Below the pieces are notes generated by a model. It saw only the letters and a list, made by a program, of their open reading frames with translations, searched no databases and was not told the origin of the DNA. Shown here piece after piece: positions 1 to 9,160 of a stretch of DNA of 32,000 bases. The translations under genes and the position numbers were made by a program. The DNA lies in the NCBI RefSeq assembly GCF_001462395.1, contig NZ_LNTB01000001.1:210001-242000 (forward strand). Reading direction: 5' to 3'. Each line of letters opens with the position of its first letter. Within the stretch, counting starts at the first letter, position 1. This DNA comes from Pyrodictium occultum (lineage in GTDB: Archaea > Thermoproteota > Thermoprotei_A > Sulfolobales > Pyrodictiaceae).

Positions 1-2
1 TG

Positions 3-1313
3 GTGGCCGCGGGGCTCCTCGCGGGGCCCGGCGCCGCGGAGGCCCTGGTGGCCGCGGGGCTGGCGCTTCTCGCCCTGGTGCTGGCTGAGCGGAGCCTCTT
101 CCTCGCCAAGGCGGCGGCGCTCCAGAGGCTCGGGGTGCGCTGGGAGCTGGAGACGCCGATGGCCGAGGGCAGGCCCTCGAGGGTGAGGCTGGTGCTCGAG
201 AACCGGTCGCTGGTGGCCCTGGAGCACGTGGAGGTCTACGACTCGCCTCCCCGGCTCTTCCGCTGGAGGGAGCCCCCGAGGGCGGTGGTCAGCCTCCCGG
301 CCCTGGGCAGGGCCGTGGTGGAGTACACCCTCGTCCCGGTTGTGGGCAGGCACGGGTGGGGCGGCCCGCTGCGCCTGGCCGCGGAGGACTTCCTCGGCTT
401 CTTCAGGGCGGAGAGGCTTGTCTACGAGGGGCTCCCGGAGGTGGCGGTGCAGCCCAGGGTGCTGGAGGCCCTGCTCCGCCGCGCCCTGCTCCCCACGGTG
501 CTCCAGCCGGGTGGGGTGGAGAGGCTGAGGCGCCGCGGGCTCGGCGTCGAGTTCCTCGAGCTACGCGAGTACACGCCCGACGACGACATAAGGCTCGTGG
601 ACTGGAAGGCCTCGGCGAGGCGGGGCAGGCTCGTGGTCAAGGTGTTCGAGCAAGAGTCCTCGCTCCGAGTCCTGCTCGTGATCGACGCCTGGCCCTCTAT
701 GTTCACCGGCGTGCTCGGCAGGACAAGGATAGAGCACGCAGCCAGGCTGGCCGCCACGCTGGCGGAGTACCTGGCCCGCCGCGGCGACGCCTACCGGCTC
801 TACATCCTGGGCCCCGACGGCGGCTCCAGCCTGAGCCCGTGGCTCAGGGGGCGGGGGAGCGGGGCGACCGCACGCCGCTTCATAGCGGAGCGGCTCTCGT
901 GGCCCCGGGGGCGGCTGGGGGCGCCGGACCCGGGCTCCAGGGCCTCAGCGCTCCGCAATGGGCTACTCTCAGCCCTGCCCAGGGGAGGCGCCGCCCTGAT
1001 ACTGGTGAGCGACCTGGGCGGGGACCCCGGCGCTGCAAGGGCCTACGCGGGGGCCTTGGCCGGGCTCCGCCCGGCCCTGAGGGGGCTTAGGGTCTACCTC
1101 GTGCACCTCTCCCCCGTCCTCTTCGAGTCCACGGCCCTGGAGGGCTCCAGGGCCTCGGCCTACCTGCTGCTCTCCCTGGAGAGGCTGAGGGCCCTTAGGA
1201 GCGCCCTCTCCCTGCTCCGGGGCGGCGGCGTCGAGGTGGTGGAGCTGGGCCCCAGGGACCCGGTCTCGGCGCTGCTGGATAGGCTGGAGAGGCTGCGGGG
1301 AGTCGTGTCTTGA
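3..1313 (+). CDS. DUF58 (vWA-like, MoxR-associated) family protein; the N-terminus may lie at or just beyond the window edge
   Basis: Carries the DUF58 signature LREYTPDDDIRLVDWKASARRGRLVVKVFEQE. Has a hydrophobic N-terminal segment and strong GC3 codon bias. Confidence 0.75.
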   Translation: MAAGLLAGPGAAEALVAAGLALLALVLAERSLFLAKAAALQRLGVRWELETPMAEGRPSRVRLVLENRSLVALEHVEVYDSPPRLFRWREPPRAVVSLPALGRAVVEYTLVPVVGRHGWGGPLRLAAEDFLGFFRAERLVYEGLPEVAVQPRVLEALLRRALLPTVLQPGGVERLRRRGLGVEFLELREYTPDDDIRLVDWKASARRGRLVVKVFEQESSLRVLLVIDAWPSMFTGVLGRTRIEHAARLAATLAEYLARRGDAYRLYILGPDGGSSLSPWLRGRGSGATARRFIAERLSWPRGRLGAPDPGSRASALRNGLLSALPRGGAALILVSDLGGDPGAARAYAGALAGLRPALRGLRVYLVHLSPVLFESTALEGSRASAYLLLSLERLRALRSALSLLRGGGVEVVELGPRDPVSALLDRLERLRGVVS

Positions 1314-2530
1314 CCAGGGCAGCGGCCCTATACATAGCTGTCCGCACGGCGGCGGCCCTGGCGGCCGCCCTTGCCGTTATCCCGGCGTTCCACCTTATAG
1401 CCGGCAGCCTGGCCCCGGCGCTGGCCCAGGCCCCCTGGCTCGGCGTGCCGGCCTCCGGGCTGCTGGCCGTCCTGGGCCCCGTGCTGGTCGCGGCCATGGT
1501 TATGGCTGGCTGGGCTCAGCAGGCCTACACGCTCGCAGGCATAGCGGTGGGGGTCGCCGGCGTCCTCGGCCTCGGCCCCCTCGGGCCGGCTGTCTCGCTG
1601 CTGGCGTCCAGCGCCCTCTACACGCTCTCCCTCCGCTACAGCCTGGAGGCTGAGGGTGCTGCGTCGCGCAGGCTTGAGTGTGGCAGGCGCTGCGTGGCCG
1701 CCACGGCTGTCTCGCTGCTGGCGGGCTACACGCTGCTCGTACCCCTCTCGGTCTACGGGGGGCTGCTGGCGTCCAGCGTCTACCGGTACCTTCTCAGCCC
1801 CAGGCCCGGGCTCCCCGAGCCCCTTGCAGGCGTCTGGAGCACCGCCCGCGGCATGCTGGCTGTGAGGGCGGCGGTGCTCGCGGTGCTGGTCTACGTCCTC
1901 TACTACGCTGTGGAGAGGCTGGCTGCCCCGATGGTCTACGCGCTCGCCGCCGCCCCGGAGGAGCTGTCGCGGAGCCTGGAGAGGCTCCTGGAGCAGGAGG
2001 CCCGCGAGACCCTGGCGATGAGGAAGTGGTACCACAGGATGCTCCGCTGCGGCCTCTCCGCGGCCGGCGCGGCGCCGGCAGCGGCTATAGGCTACCTGGC
2101 CGCGCACGCGGCCCAGCCGCTCGCCTCCAGGCTCCCCCAGGCCGCCCCCTGGTGGGCGGCCGCCCTGGCCCGCACCCTCCCGGGGCTAGCGGCCTCCACC
2201 CCAGGCTACCTGGCAGCCCGCCGCCTCCTAGAGGCCCTCGCAACAGGCAGGATCGAGTGGAGAAGGCTCGCCCTAGGCTCCGCCGCGGCGCTCGCAGCCC
2301 TCCTCGCGGCCTACATGCTCCTCCTCATCCACCAGGGCGCAGGCGTCCACGGGGCGCTCCAGAGGCTCCTGGGCGCTGCAGCCGGCACAGCCACGGGCAG
2401 GGAGCCTCCGCCGCTGCCCGGGGAGGATATGCTTGCCTCGGCAGCCCGGGAGCTCGACAGGCTCCTCGGCAGGGACCTTGACCGGGCCGAGTACATTCTA
2501 AGGCTCCTCTCCGAGCTGCTGTGGGGGTGA
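1310..2530 (+). CDS. Hypothetical polytopic membrane protein (Ala/Leu-rich)
   Basis: TTG start overlaps the DUF58 stop (TTGA). Several hydrophobic helices and a charged helical stretch (EELSRSLERLLEQEARE). No family recognised. Confidence 0.5.
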   Translation: MTRAAALYIAVRTAAALAAALAVIPAFHLIAGSLAPALAQAPWLGVPASGLLAVLGPVLVAAMVMAGWAQQAYTLAGIAVGVAGVLGLGPLGPAVSLLASSALYTLSLRYSLEAEGAASRRLECGRRCVAATAVSLLAGYTLLVPLSVYGGLLASSVYRYLLSPRPGLPEPLAGVWSTARGMLAVRAAVLAVLVYVLYYAVERLAAPMVYALAAAPEELSRSLERLLEQEARETLAMRKWYHRMLRCGLSAAGAAPAAAIGYLAAHAAQPLASRLPQAAPWWAAALARTLPGLAASTPGYLAARRLLEALATGRIEWRRLALGSAAALAALLAAYMLLLIHQGAGVHGALQRLLGAAAGTATGREPPPLPGEDMLASAARELDRLLGRDLDRAEYILRLLSELLWG

Positions 2531-2539
2531 GCCGGGGAC

Positions 2540-2827
2540 TTGCAGCGCGTGCAGGCGGTGAAGGAGCTGGCCAGGATAATAGTATCCCTCGGCGTGGGCC
2601 TGGCCATGGCCTACCTGGGCTACAGGTTCTTCCTCTACAGCATAGGCTACCTGGCGGAGGAGCCTCCCAGGGTGACGGCGGGGCTGATGGCGGGGCTCGC
2701 AGGCTTCACCTTCACGGCGGCGGCTGTGACGCTGCTGCGCGACTGGATAATAGTGGAGAAGGCGTCCAGGCTGGGGGAGAGGAGGGGCCCGGAGGCCGGG
2801 GGAAAGGAGGAGGGGAAGAGGGGCTAG
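2540..2827 (+). CDS. Small hypothetical membrane protein
   Basis: 95-codon ORF with two predicted transmembrane stretches (IIVSLGVGLAMAYLGY, GLMAGLAGFTFTAAAVTLL). The start codon (TTG or GTG) is uncertain. Confidence 0.4.
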   Translation: MQRVQAVKELARIIVSLGVGLAMAYLGYRFFLYSIGYLAEEPPRVTAGLMAGLAGFTFTAAAVTLLRDWIIVEKASRLGERRGPEAGGKEEGKRG

Positions 2828-3603
2828 ACCCAGCGCTTCTTCCTCCGGTACCATTTCGCCCTCCTGTAGCCCCCGGCCTCGGCGCCCTTGACGCCCAGGT
2901 AGAACTCCTTCACGTCCTTGTCCTCCCGGAGCCTCTCCGCCGGCCCCTCGAGCACTATCCTCCCATTCTCTATTATGTAGCCGTAGTCCGCTATCTCCAG
3001 CGCCTTCCTGGCGTTCTGCTCGGCGAGGAGAATGGTGACCCCCTCCTCCTCGTGCATCCTCTTAACTGACTCGTAGACCTCGCTCACCACCTTGGGGGCT
3101 AGGCCGAGGCTCGGCTCGTCGAGGAGGAGCAGCCTGGGCCTTGCGAGCAGCGCCAGGCCTATGGCCAGCATCTGCTGCTCGCCGCCGCTGAGGTAGCCGG
3201 CCCTGGTCCCTCTCTTCGCCCGGAGCCTCGGGAAGTACTTGTACACAAGCTCCGGGTCGGGCCGGCGGCTCCTCCACGCGTAGGCCACGGCCTCTATGTT
3301 CTCCTCGACAGTGAGCTCCCGGAATATCCTCCTGCCCTCAACCACGTAGATTATGCCGCGGCGGGACACGTCCTCGGGGTCCCGGTTCTCTATGCGCTCC
3401 CCCATGTAGCTGATGTAGCCCTTCGTCACCCTGCCACGGTCCAGCTTGACGAGGCCCGAGACCGCCTTGAGGAGCGTGGTCTTCCCGGCCCCGTTGGGGC
3501 CGAGGACCGCTACTATGCTTTTCTCCGGAACCTCTATGCTTATCCCCTTGAGCACCAGTATGTAGGGGTGATACACCACCTCTATGTTGTTGACCTCCAG
3601 CAT
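2824..3603 (-). CDS. livF: Branched-chain amino acid (HAAT family) ABC transporter ATP-binding protein, LivF type
   Basis: Walker A GPNGAGKTT, signature LSGGEQQML, Walker B LLLLDEPS. Starts MLEVNNIEVVY at ATG 3603; the track's TTG at 3612 is an alternative. Confidence 0.9.
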   Translation of the reverse strand: MLEVNNIEVVYHPYILVLKGISIEVPEKSIVAVLGPNGAGKTTLLKAVSGLVKLDRGRVTKGYISYMGERIENRDPEDVSRRGIIYVVEGRRIFRELTVEENIEAVAYAWRSRRPDPELVYKYFPRLRAKRGTRAGYLSGGEQQMLAIGLALLARPRLLLLDEPSLGLAPKVVSEVYESVKRMHEEEGVTILLAEQNARKALEIADYGYIIENGRIVLEGPAERLREDKDVKEFYLGVKGAEAGGYRRAKWYRRKKRWV

Positions 3604-3659
3604 TGCGGGCAAGGCTACGCGCCCCAGGGGCCTGGTGAGTGGGCAGCACGGCCCACGGG

Positions 3660-3692
3660 TGGGCGAAAAAGAGGCCCGGGGGTGCTCGGCTC
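3660..3692 (-). terminator. Possible oligo-T terminator after the binding-protein gene
   Basis: On the minus strand, CCCGGGCCTCTTTTTCGCC with a T5 run at 3666-3670, directly downstream of the stop at 3693. Archaeal terminators are oligo-T tracts. Confidence 0.3.
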
Positions 3693-5087
3693 CTAGCCTC
3701 CGCCCTGAAGGGTGGCCTTCACGCAGTCTACTCCCTTAGCCTCTATCGGGCCCTCGAAGTGGAACTGCCCGTCCTCGCCGTAGACCACTATGTACGCCGT
3801 TCTGAAGGGCAGGTGGCTGCCGGGGCAGTACCTCATCGGCGGCGTTATGTCGCCAAGCTTTATGGGCTCGCCATTGCAGCTGGACTCTATCGCCATCTTC
3901 AGCGCCTCGCCGCCCTTCTCCTGCAGGTCCTTAGAGGTGGTCATTGTTATCGCCTTCACCAGGAGCCACACGTTTATGAAGCCCTGCATTATCCTCAGGT
4001 TGACGTCCTTCTCACTGATGCCCAGGTCCTTGCCGTAGAGCTTCACGGCCTCGTACAGCTCCTGGTAGCCGGGCTTGTCCTTAGCGTACTCCGGCCATAT
4101 CCAGGGCGACACTCCCGCCGCCTTGCCCCTTATGTCGGCGGCCGCGAGCTCCGGGAACCTCTCGTCGAAGCCCCACACGTTGGCAACCATCACAGCGTTC
4201 AGCCCGAGCTTGGCCATGGCGCGGGCGGCTAGGCTGCAGCTGCCTATAGTGTTGCCGCACCACAGGAAGTCGGGGTTGTAGGTCATGGCCTGCTTCACGG
4301 CGTTGGTGGCGTCGGCCTCGCTAGCCTTCAGCGGTAGGTCCACATCGTACACCTTCATGCCCAGCTTCTCGGCCATAGCCTTTATGGCGGGTATCGGGCT
4401 CTTGCTGTAGGCCACCTTGTGGTCGTAGAGCAGCACCAGGGTTGCATTGGGCTTCCTCTGGGCCATCCAGGCTACCGCGGCGCAGGCCTGCGTGCTGTAG
4501 TCGGGCGCCGGGAAGAAGTTGTAGGGCTGCGGCACCAGCTTGGCGGAGTAGCTGGCGGACACGTAGAATATCCGGTCCTTGGCCACCTGGCTGGAGAGGA
4601 ACTCGGTGTCAGCGGTGCCCCAGCCCACTATGGCTATCACATGGTAGCGGTCGCGGAACTCCTTGTAGAACTCAGCGGCCTTGGGCGGCTGATAGCCGTA
4701 GTCCCTCTTGATGTAGTTTATCACCACCCTTACCCCGTCCTTCGTGTATATCCCCTTCTCGTTGAAGTACTTGAACGCCAGCTCTGCACCCCTAGCATAG
4801 TCCTTGCCGACGTCGCTGGTGGGGCCGCTTAGGTCCACCAGGAGGCCCACGTTTATCTTCATGGTCTTCCCGGCCGTAGCGGTCGCGGCTGCCGTGCCCG
4901 TTGTGGCCGTGGTTGCCGCGGTGGTCGTGGATGTGGTCTGCGTGGTCGCCGGGGCTGCCGTGGTGGACGGGCTGGCCGCGGCTGGGGCGGGCTTGGCTCC
5001 CCCGCCACCCTTCATGAGAACGGCCGCCGCGGCTATCACTATTATTATCACTACTATTCCTACGGCTATCGCGGCGCTCCTGGACAT
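3693..5087 (-). CDS. ABC transporter substrate-binding protein (Leu/Ile/Val-binding, LivJ/K-like fold) with N-terminal anchor and Thr/Ala-rich linker
   Basis: Type I periplasmic-binding-protein-like sequence. N-terminal hydrophobic helix, then TTAAPATTQTTSTTTAATTATTGTAAATATAGK. GGAGG lies 8 nt upstream of ATG 5087; the track's GTG at 5096 overlaps that SD. Confidence 0.85.
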   Translation of the reverse strand: MSRSAAIAVGIVVIIIVIAAAAVLMKGGGGAKPAPAAASPSTTAAPATTQTTSTTTAATTATTGTAAATATAGKTMKINVGLLVDLSGPTSDVGKDYARGAELAFKYFNEKGIYTKDGVRVVINYIKRDYGYQPPKAAEFYKEFRDRYHVIAIVGWGTADTEFLSSQVAKDRIFYVSASYSAKLVPQPYNFFPAPDYSTQACAAVAWMAQRKPNATLVLLYDHKVAYSKSPIPAIKAMAEKLGMKVYDVDLPLKASEADATNAVKQAMTYNPDFLWCGNTIGSCSLAARAMAKLGLNAVMVANVWGFDERFPELAAADIRGKAAGVSPWIWPEYAKDKPGYQELYEAVKLYGKDLGISEKDVNLRIMQGFINVWLLVKAITMTTSKDLQEKGGEALKMAIESSCNGEPIKLGDITPPMRYCPGSHLPFRTAYIVVYGEDGQFHFEGPIEAKGVDCVKATLQGGG

Positions 5088-5125
5088 CAGGCTCACCTCC
5101 GGCCCACCTCCGAACCTTTACGGCC

Positions 5126-5157
5126 ATACTTAAATCTTTTCAACATATTGTTTATAC
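5126..5157 (-). promoter_or_regulatory. AT-rich TATA/BRE island, internal promoter for the binding-protein gene
   Basis: Minus strand reads GATTTAAGTATG (5126-5137) and GTATAAAC (5150-5157). The proximal box is about 44 nt upstream of ATG 5087. Confidence 0.45.
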
Positions 5158-5206
5158 GGATTGAGAGCGTGGAAAAGAGCCCTGGGGGCCCGGCACCGTA
5201 GGGTTG

Positions 5207-6220
5207 TCAGTAGCTGTAGGGCCATAGCCTGAAGTACTCCTTCACCCTCCTCAGCACTGCTATGAGGCCCTCCGGCTCCTCGACCACGAAGAACGCTATG
5301 ATTGCTCCGAGCACCAGGTAGTCGTATACCGGGTTGCCCTGGAACACCATCTCCAGGATGCTGTGCGTAGCCATTATCGCTATTAGGCCGAGCACGCTGC
5401 CCCATATTACCCGGCCGGCGCCGCCCACCAGCACCATTGCTAGGAGGTTTATTGACTGCTCCAGCGAGAAGTTGCCGTAGTCTATGGCTACGAGCTGGAG
5501 TGCCAGCAGGCCGCCGGCGAGCCCGGCGTAGAAGCTCCCGAGGGCGAAGGCGATGGCCTTGGTCTTGGCCACGTTTATCCCGATTATCTCCGCCGATATG
5601 TCGTTGTCGCGTACGGCCTTCATAGCCCTGCCCAGGCTGCTTCTCCCAATATTGGCCGCCGCCCACGCCGCCGCTATCGTGATGAGGAGCGCTGTGTAGT
5701 AGAGGGGCTTCCCGCCGCCCAGGTAGACGCCCAGCAGGGTCTTCGCGGAGTCGTTGACCGGCATGTACTGGTTGGAGGCTACCCAGCGCTGGTAGATGTA
5801 GTAGAGCAGCTCCTGCGCCGCTATGCTGGCCATCGCCAGGTAGTAGCCCTTCAGCCTGAAGGACGGCAGGCCCAGCACCGTGCCCACCGCCGCCGCCACG
5901 AGGGCCCCCGCGGGTATCGCTAGGAGGATGTTCACCCCGTGGAGCGTCAACCACGCGGCCGTGAAGGCGCCGGCGCCCATCAGCGCGGCCTGCGCCAGGG
6001 ATATCTGGCCGGCCAGCCCGGTGGTTATGTTGAGCCCTATCGCCGCCACCAGGAACGCCATGTAGAGCACCAGCTTGTCCACTATGAAGCTGCCCGCGAT
6101 GAACGGCAGGGCCAGCAGCAGCGCCAACGCCGCGGCTGTGGAGTAGACGTGGATCGGGTACCGGAGGTGGGCCATGAGGCCGCGGTACGTCTCCTTGAAC
6201 ACTCCGGCAGGCACGGCCAC
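5207..6220 (-). CDS. livM: HAAT-family ABC transporter permease, LivM type
   Basis: Polytopic membrane protein with LivM-like segments (GQISLAQAALMGAGAF, LGRAMKAVRDNDISAE). Confidence 0.85.
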   Translation of the reverse strand: MAVPAGVFKETYRGLMAHLRYPIHVYSTAAALALLLALPFIAGSFIVDKLVLYMAFLVAAIGLNITTGLAGQISLAQAALMGAGAFTAAWLTLHGVNILLAIPAGALVAAAVGTVLGLPSFRLKGYYLAMASIAAQELLYYIYQRWVASNQYMPVNDSAKTLLGVYLGGGKPLYYTALLITIAAAWAAANIGRSSLGRAMKAVRDNDISAEIIGINVAKTKAIAFALGSFYAGLAGGLLALQLVAIDYGNFSLEQSINLLAMVLVGGAGRVIWGSVLGLIAIMATHSILEMVFQGNPVYDYLVLGAIIAFFVVEEPEGLIAVLRRVKEYFRLWPYSY

Positions 6221-6227
6221 CCGCCCT

Positions 6228-7145
6228 CTAGACGCGCTCTATCCTCTCAGTGCCGAAGATCCCGTAAGGCTTGGCCAGGAGCACGAGCAGCATGATGAGG
6301 TACGCTGCGGCCTCGTGGACCCCCACCAGGTCCAGGCCGGCGGCCCGCAGGTAGGGCTCGAGGAACATGACCAGCTGCTCCGACAGCCCGAGCGCCAGGC
6401 CGCCGACTATTATCCCGGCCACGGTGTCGAGGCCAGCGAGCAGGCTGGCGGCCAGCGCCTTGATCGCGTAGACCTCCAGCACGGGGCTCAGGTTGGCCTC
6501 CAGGGCCACCGCGACCGCCGCCAGGCCCCCCGCCGCGCCGGCCAGCCCCCAGCTCAGCATGGTCAACGCCTTCACTGGGATCCCGTAGGCGGCGGCCCCG
6601 TAGGCATCCTCCGAGGCAGCCCTCATTGCAACCCCTAGCCTGGTGAACCTGTGTACAGCGGCCACCAGCGCGACCACGCCAGCCCCCGCGGCGAGGGCTG
6701 CCAGGTCGGAGGCGGAGAGCACCACCGAGCCGGCCGCTACCCTGAAGCTGCTGTTGAGCAGGCTCGCCTGCGGCACGCTACCCCCGCCGAGGTACATCGA
6801 GACGCCCTTGAGCACGTAGTAGACGCCGAGCGTGGCTGCTATCAGCGCCGCCGGCGGCCTGCCGCGGAGGGGCCTGGCCACTAGCCTCTCCACCGCAGCG
6901 CCGACGGCGAAGCCCACCGCCGCCGCCACGAGGGCTCCTGCCGCCAGCCCTAGCCCGGCCTTCACCGCGGCGAGGTAGGCGGTTACGGCTGTGAGCAGGA
7001 CCAGCGCCGGGTGGGCGAAGTTTATCGACTTGCTCACACGGTAGACTATATTGTAGCCTAGCGCCAGCGCCGCGTAGACCACGCCTATCACTATGCCCGA
7101 CACCGCATATGATGCGAGCTGCCCCAGCACGCTCAAGGCATGCAC
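6228..7145 (-). CDS. livH: HAAT-family ABC transporter permease, LivH type
   Basis: Polytopic membrane protein with LivH-like segments (GIVIGVVYAALALGYNIVY, INFAHPA, GVAMRAASEDAYGAAAYGI). Confidence 0.85.
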   Translation of the reverse strand: MHALSVLGQLASYAVSGIVIGVVYAALALGYNIVYRVSKSINFAHPALVLLTAVTAYLAAVKAGLGLAAGALVAAAVGFAVGAAVERLVARPLRGRPPAALIAATLGVYYVLKGVSMYLGGGSVPQASLLNSSFRVAAGSVVLSASDLAALAAGAGVVALVAAVHRFTRLGVAMRAASEDAYGAAAYGIPVKALTMLSWGLAGAAGGLAAVAVALEANLSPVLEVYAIKALAASLLAGLDTVAGIIVGGLALGLSEQLVMFLEPYLRAAGLDLVGVHEAAAYLIMLLVLLAKPYGIFGTERIERV

Positions 7146-7222
7146 CCTCCCGCGTGGACCCGGTCACCGCTAGGCAGGGCTGCGGCATGGCCCCTGGTGG
7201 GCGAGAAACCCTGGGGGATGGG

Positions 7223-9157
7223 CTACTCGGCTGTGAGTATCCTCACCCTCCTCGTGGCCTTCACCCTCCTCCCGTCCTCCAGCCTCATCTCCACGGTAAG
7301 CTCGTACCACTCCTCGCCCCTGTAGATGGCTTCTATTAGGCCGGCGTAGCGCTGCTCTATCACCCTGCGCCTCAGCTTCCTAGTCCGCGTCATCTCCCCG
7401 TCGTCGGGGTGGAACTCCTTGAAGAGGCTTACGAACCTCTTCACACGCAGCCGCTCCGGCAGCCTGGAGTTAGCCCTGGCCACCTCCCTCTTCAGCAGCT
7501 CGAGCACCTGCGGCTTCTGGCTCAGGTCGCTGTAGCTGGTGAAGGGTATGCCTCTCCTCTCCGCCCACCTGGAGACAGTGGTGTAGTCTATGTTGAGGAG
7601 CGCAGCCAGGTAGGGCCTCCTCTCGCCGACCACGGCAGCCTCGGCTATGTAGGGGCTGAACTTCAGCTTGTTCTGCACCACCTGCGGCGCCACCCTTGTG
7701 CCATCGCTCAGCGTTATAATCTCCTTGGCGCGGTCGTGTATCACCAGGTGGCCGTCGGGGGTCAGCTCCCCCACGTCCCCGGTGTGGAGCCAGCCGTCGG
7801 GGTCGAGGGTCTTCCTGGTCGCCTCTGGGTTGCGGTAGTAGCCCTTCATCACTGCCGGGCTGCGTAGCAGTATCTCCCCGTCCTCGGCTATCCGGATCTC
7901 CGTCTCCGGCAGGGGCTTCCCGACAGTGTCCAGCCTAACATCGTCGTCGGGGTGGACCACTGCTATGCCGGCCACCTCCGTCTGGCCGTAGATCTGCTTC
8001 AGGTTGACCCCCAGCGCGTGGAAGTACTCCACGTAGTCGGGGCCCAGCATGGCGCCGCCGGTGTAGGCTCTCTTCACCCTCTTCAGCCCGGTCTTGTCGA
8101 GTATGCCGCGGAGCGCCAGCCAGTAGGCGAGGTACCAGGCCAGCCTCCAGCCGAGGCTGGGCCTCCTCCTGCCGGGGCGGAGCCTCGACCGGGCCGCCCT
8201 CCAGCCCACCCACATGGCGAGCCGGTAGAACGCCTTCTTAACCGGGTCACTGTCCTCCATCCTGGCCATTACGTCCTTGGCTATTCTCTCCCATATCCTG
8301 GGCGGCGCGAAGAGGAAGTGGGGTGCTATCTCCCTGAAGTCCCTCCACAGCGTCTCCGGGCTCTCCGGGAAATTCAACCGGAACCCGGCCATGAAGTGGA
8401 GCGCTATGCTCATCATCTGCTCCCCGACCCAGGCCGGCGGCAGGAAGGAGACGTACTCCCAGCTCCTCTCCACAGGGTCCAGCTGGTTCAGCTGGTAAGC
8501 CATCGCCAGCAGGTTCCGGTGGCTCAGCATAGCCAGCTTGGGCCTCCCAGTGGTGCCGCTCGTGGTGAACAGGCCGGCCACATCCTCGGGGTCCAGGTCA
8601 CCGGTGAGCTTGTCGTAGAGCCCCGGGCTCTGCTCCTCCAGCCTCCTCCCCATGCCAAGCAGGTCCGCGAAGGTGATTATGAGGTCTCCCAGCTTGTCCC
8701 TGTACATGTGGAGGCCCTTGGCCTCGTCGACGATTATCTTCTCCACCTTAGTCTTGTCTATGACCTCCAGCACCCTGTCGAGCTGCTCCTGGCCCTCGAC
8801 GAGCACCACCCTGGCGTCGCTAAGCTGGAGGATGTAGGCTACCTCGTCGCTCAGGCTATCCTTATAGATCCCGACGGTGGCTGCTCCGATGCTCTGCGCC
8901 CCCACCTCGTAGATCGGCCAGGCGGGCCTGTTGCCCATTATGAAGGCGGCCTTCTCGCCCCTCCCTATCCCGAGGCTGTAGAGCCCCAGGGCCGCCCAGC
9001 GGACGAGCCGGTAGTAGTCGCTCCAGGTGAAGCGGCGCCAGACGCCGTACCGCTTCCAGCGGAACGCCACCCTGCCGGGCCACTCTCTGGCCCTGGCCTC
9101 CAGGAGCCAGGGGAAGGTCGTCTCGTAGGGTTTCGCCCCCCTACCCACCTCCGCCAC
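7223..9157 (-). CDS. Long-chain-type acyl-CoA ligase (AMP-dependent synthetase/ligase, about 640 aa class)
   Basis: Canonical adenylate-forming motifs: TTSGTTGRPK, YGQTE, WLHTGD. Embedded between livG and livH on the same strand. Confidence 0.85.
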   Translation of the reverse strand: MAEVGRGAKPYETTFPWLLEARAREWPGRVAFRWKRYGVWRRFTWSDYYRLVRWAALGLYSLGIGRGEKAAFIMGNRPAWPIYEVGAQSIGAATVGIYKDSLSDEVAYILQLSDARVVLVEGQEQLDRVLEVIDKTKVEKIIVDEAKGLHMYRDKLGDLIITFADLLGMGRRLEEQSPGLYDKLTGDLDPEDVAGLFTTSGTTGRPKLAMLSHRNLLAMAYQLNQLDPVERSWEYVSFLPPAWVGEQMMSIALHFMAGFRLNFPESPETLWRDFREIAPHFLFAPPRIWERIAKDVMARMEDSDPVKKAFYRLAMWVGWRAARSRLRPGRRRPSLGWRLAWYLAYWLALRGILDKTGLKRVKRAYTGGAMLGPDYVEYFHALGVNLKQIYGQTEVAGIAVVHPDDDVRLDTVGKPLPETEIRIAEDGEILLRSPAVMKGYYRNPEATRKTLDPDGWLHTGDVGELTPDGHLVIHDRAKEIITLSDGTRVAPQVVQNKLKFSPYIAEAAVVGERRPYLAALLNIDYTTVSRWAERRGIPFTSYSDLSQKPQVLELLKREVARANSRLPERLRVKRFVSLFKEFHPDDGEMTRTRKLRRRVIEQRYAGLIEAIYRGEEWYELTVEMRLEDGRRVKATRRVRILTAE

Positions 9158-9160
9158 GGC

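Noticed and set aside
3-2827. The DUF58 gene plus two membrane ORFs as a candidate novel MoxR/vWA-type system.
   Set aside because: Only the DUF58 member is recognisable. The expected MoxR ATPase would lie upstream, outside the window. The two downstream ORFs have no diagnostic motifs, so no system-level claim can be supported from this fragment.
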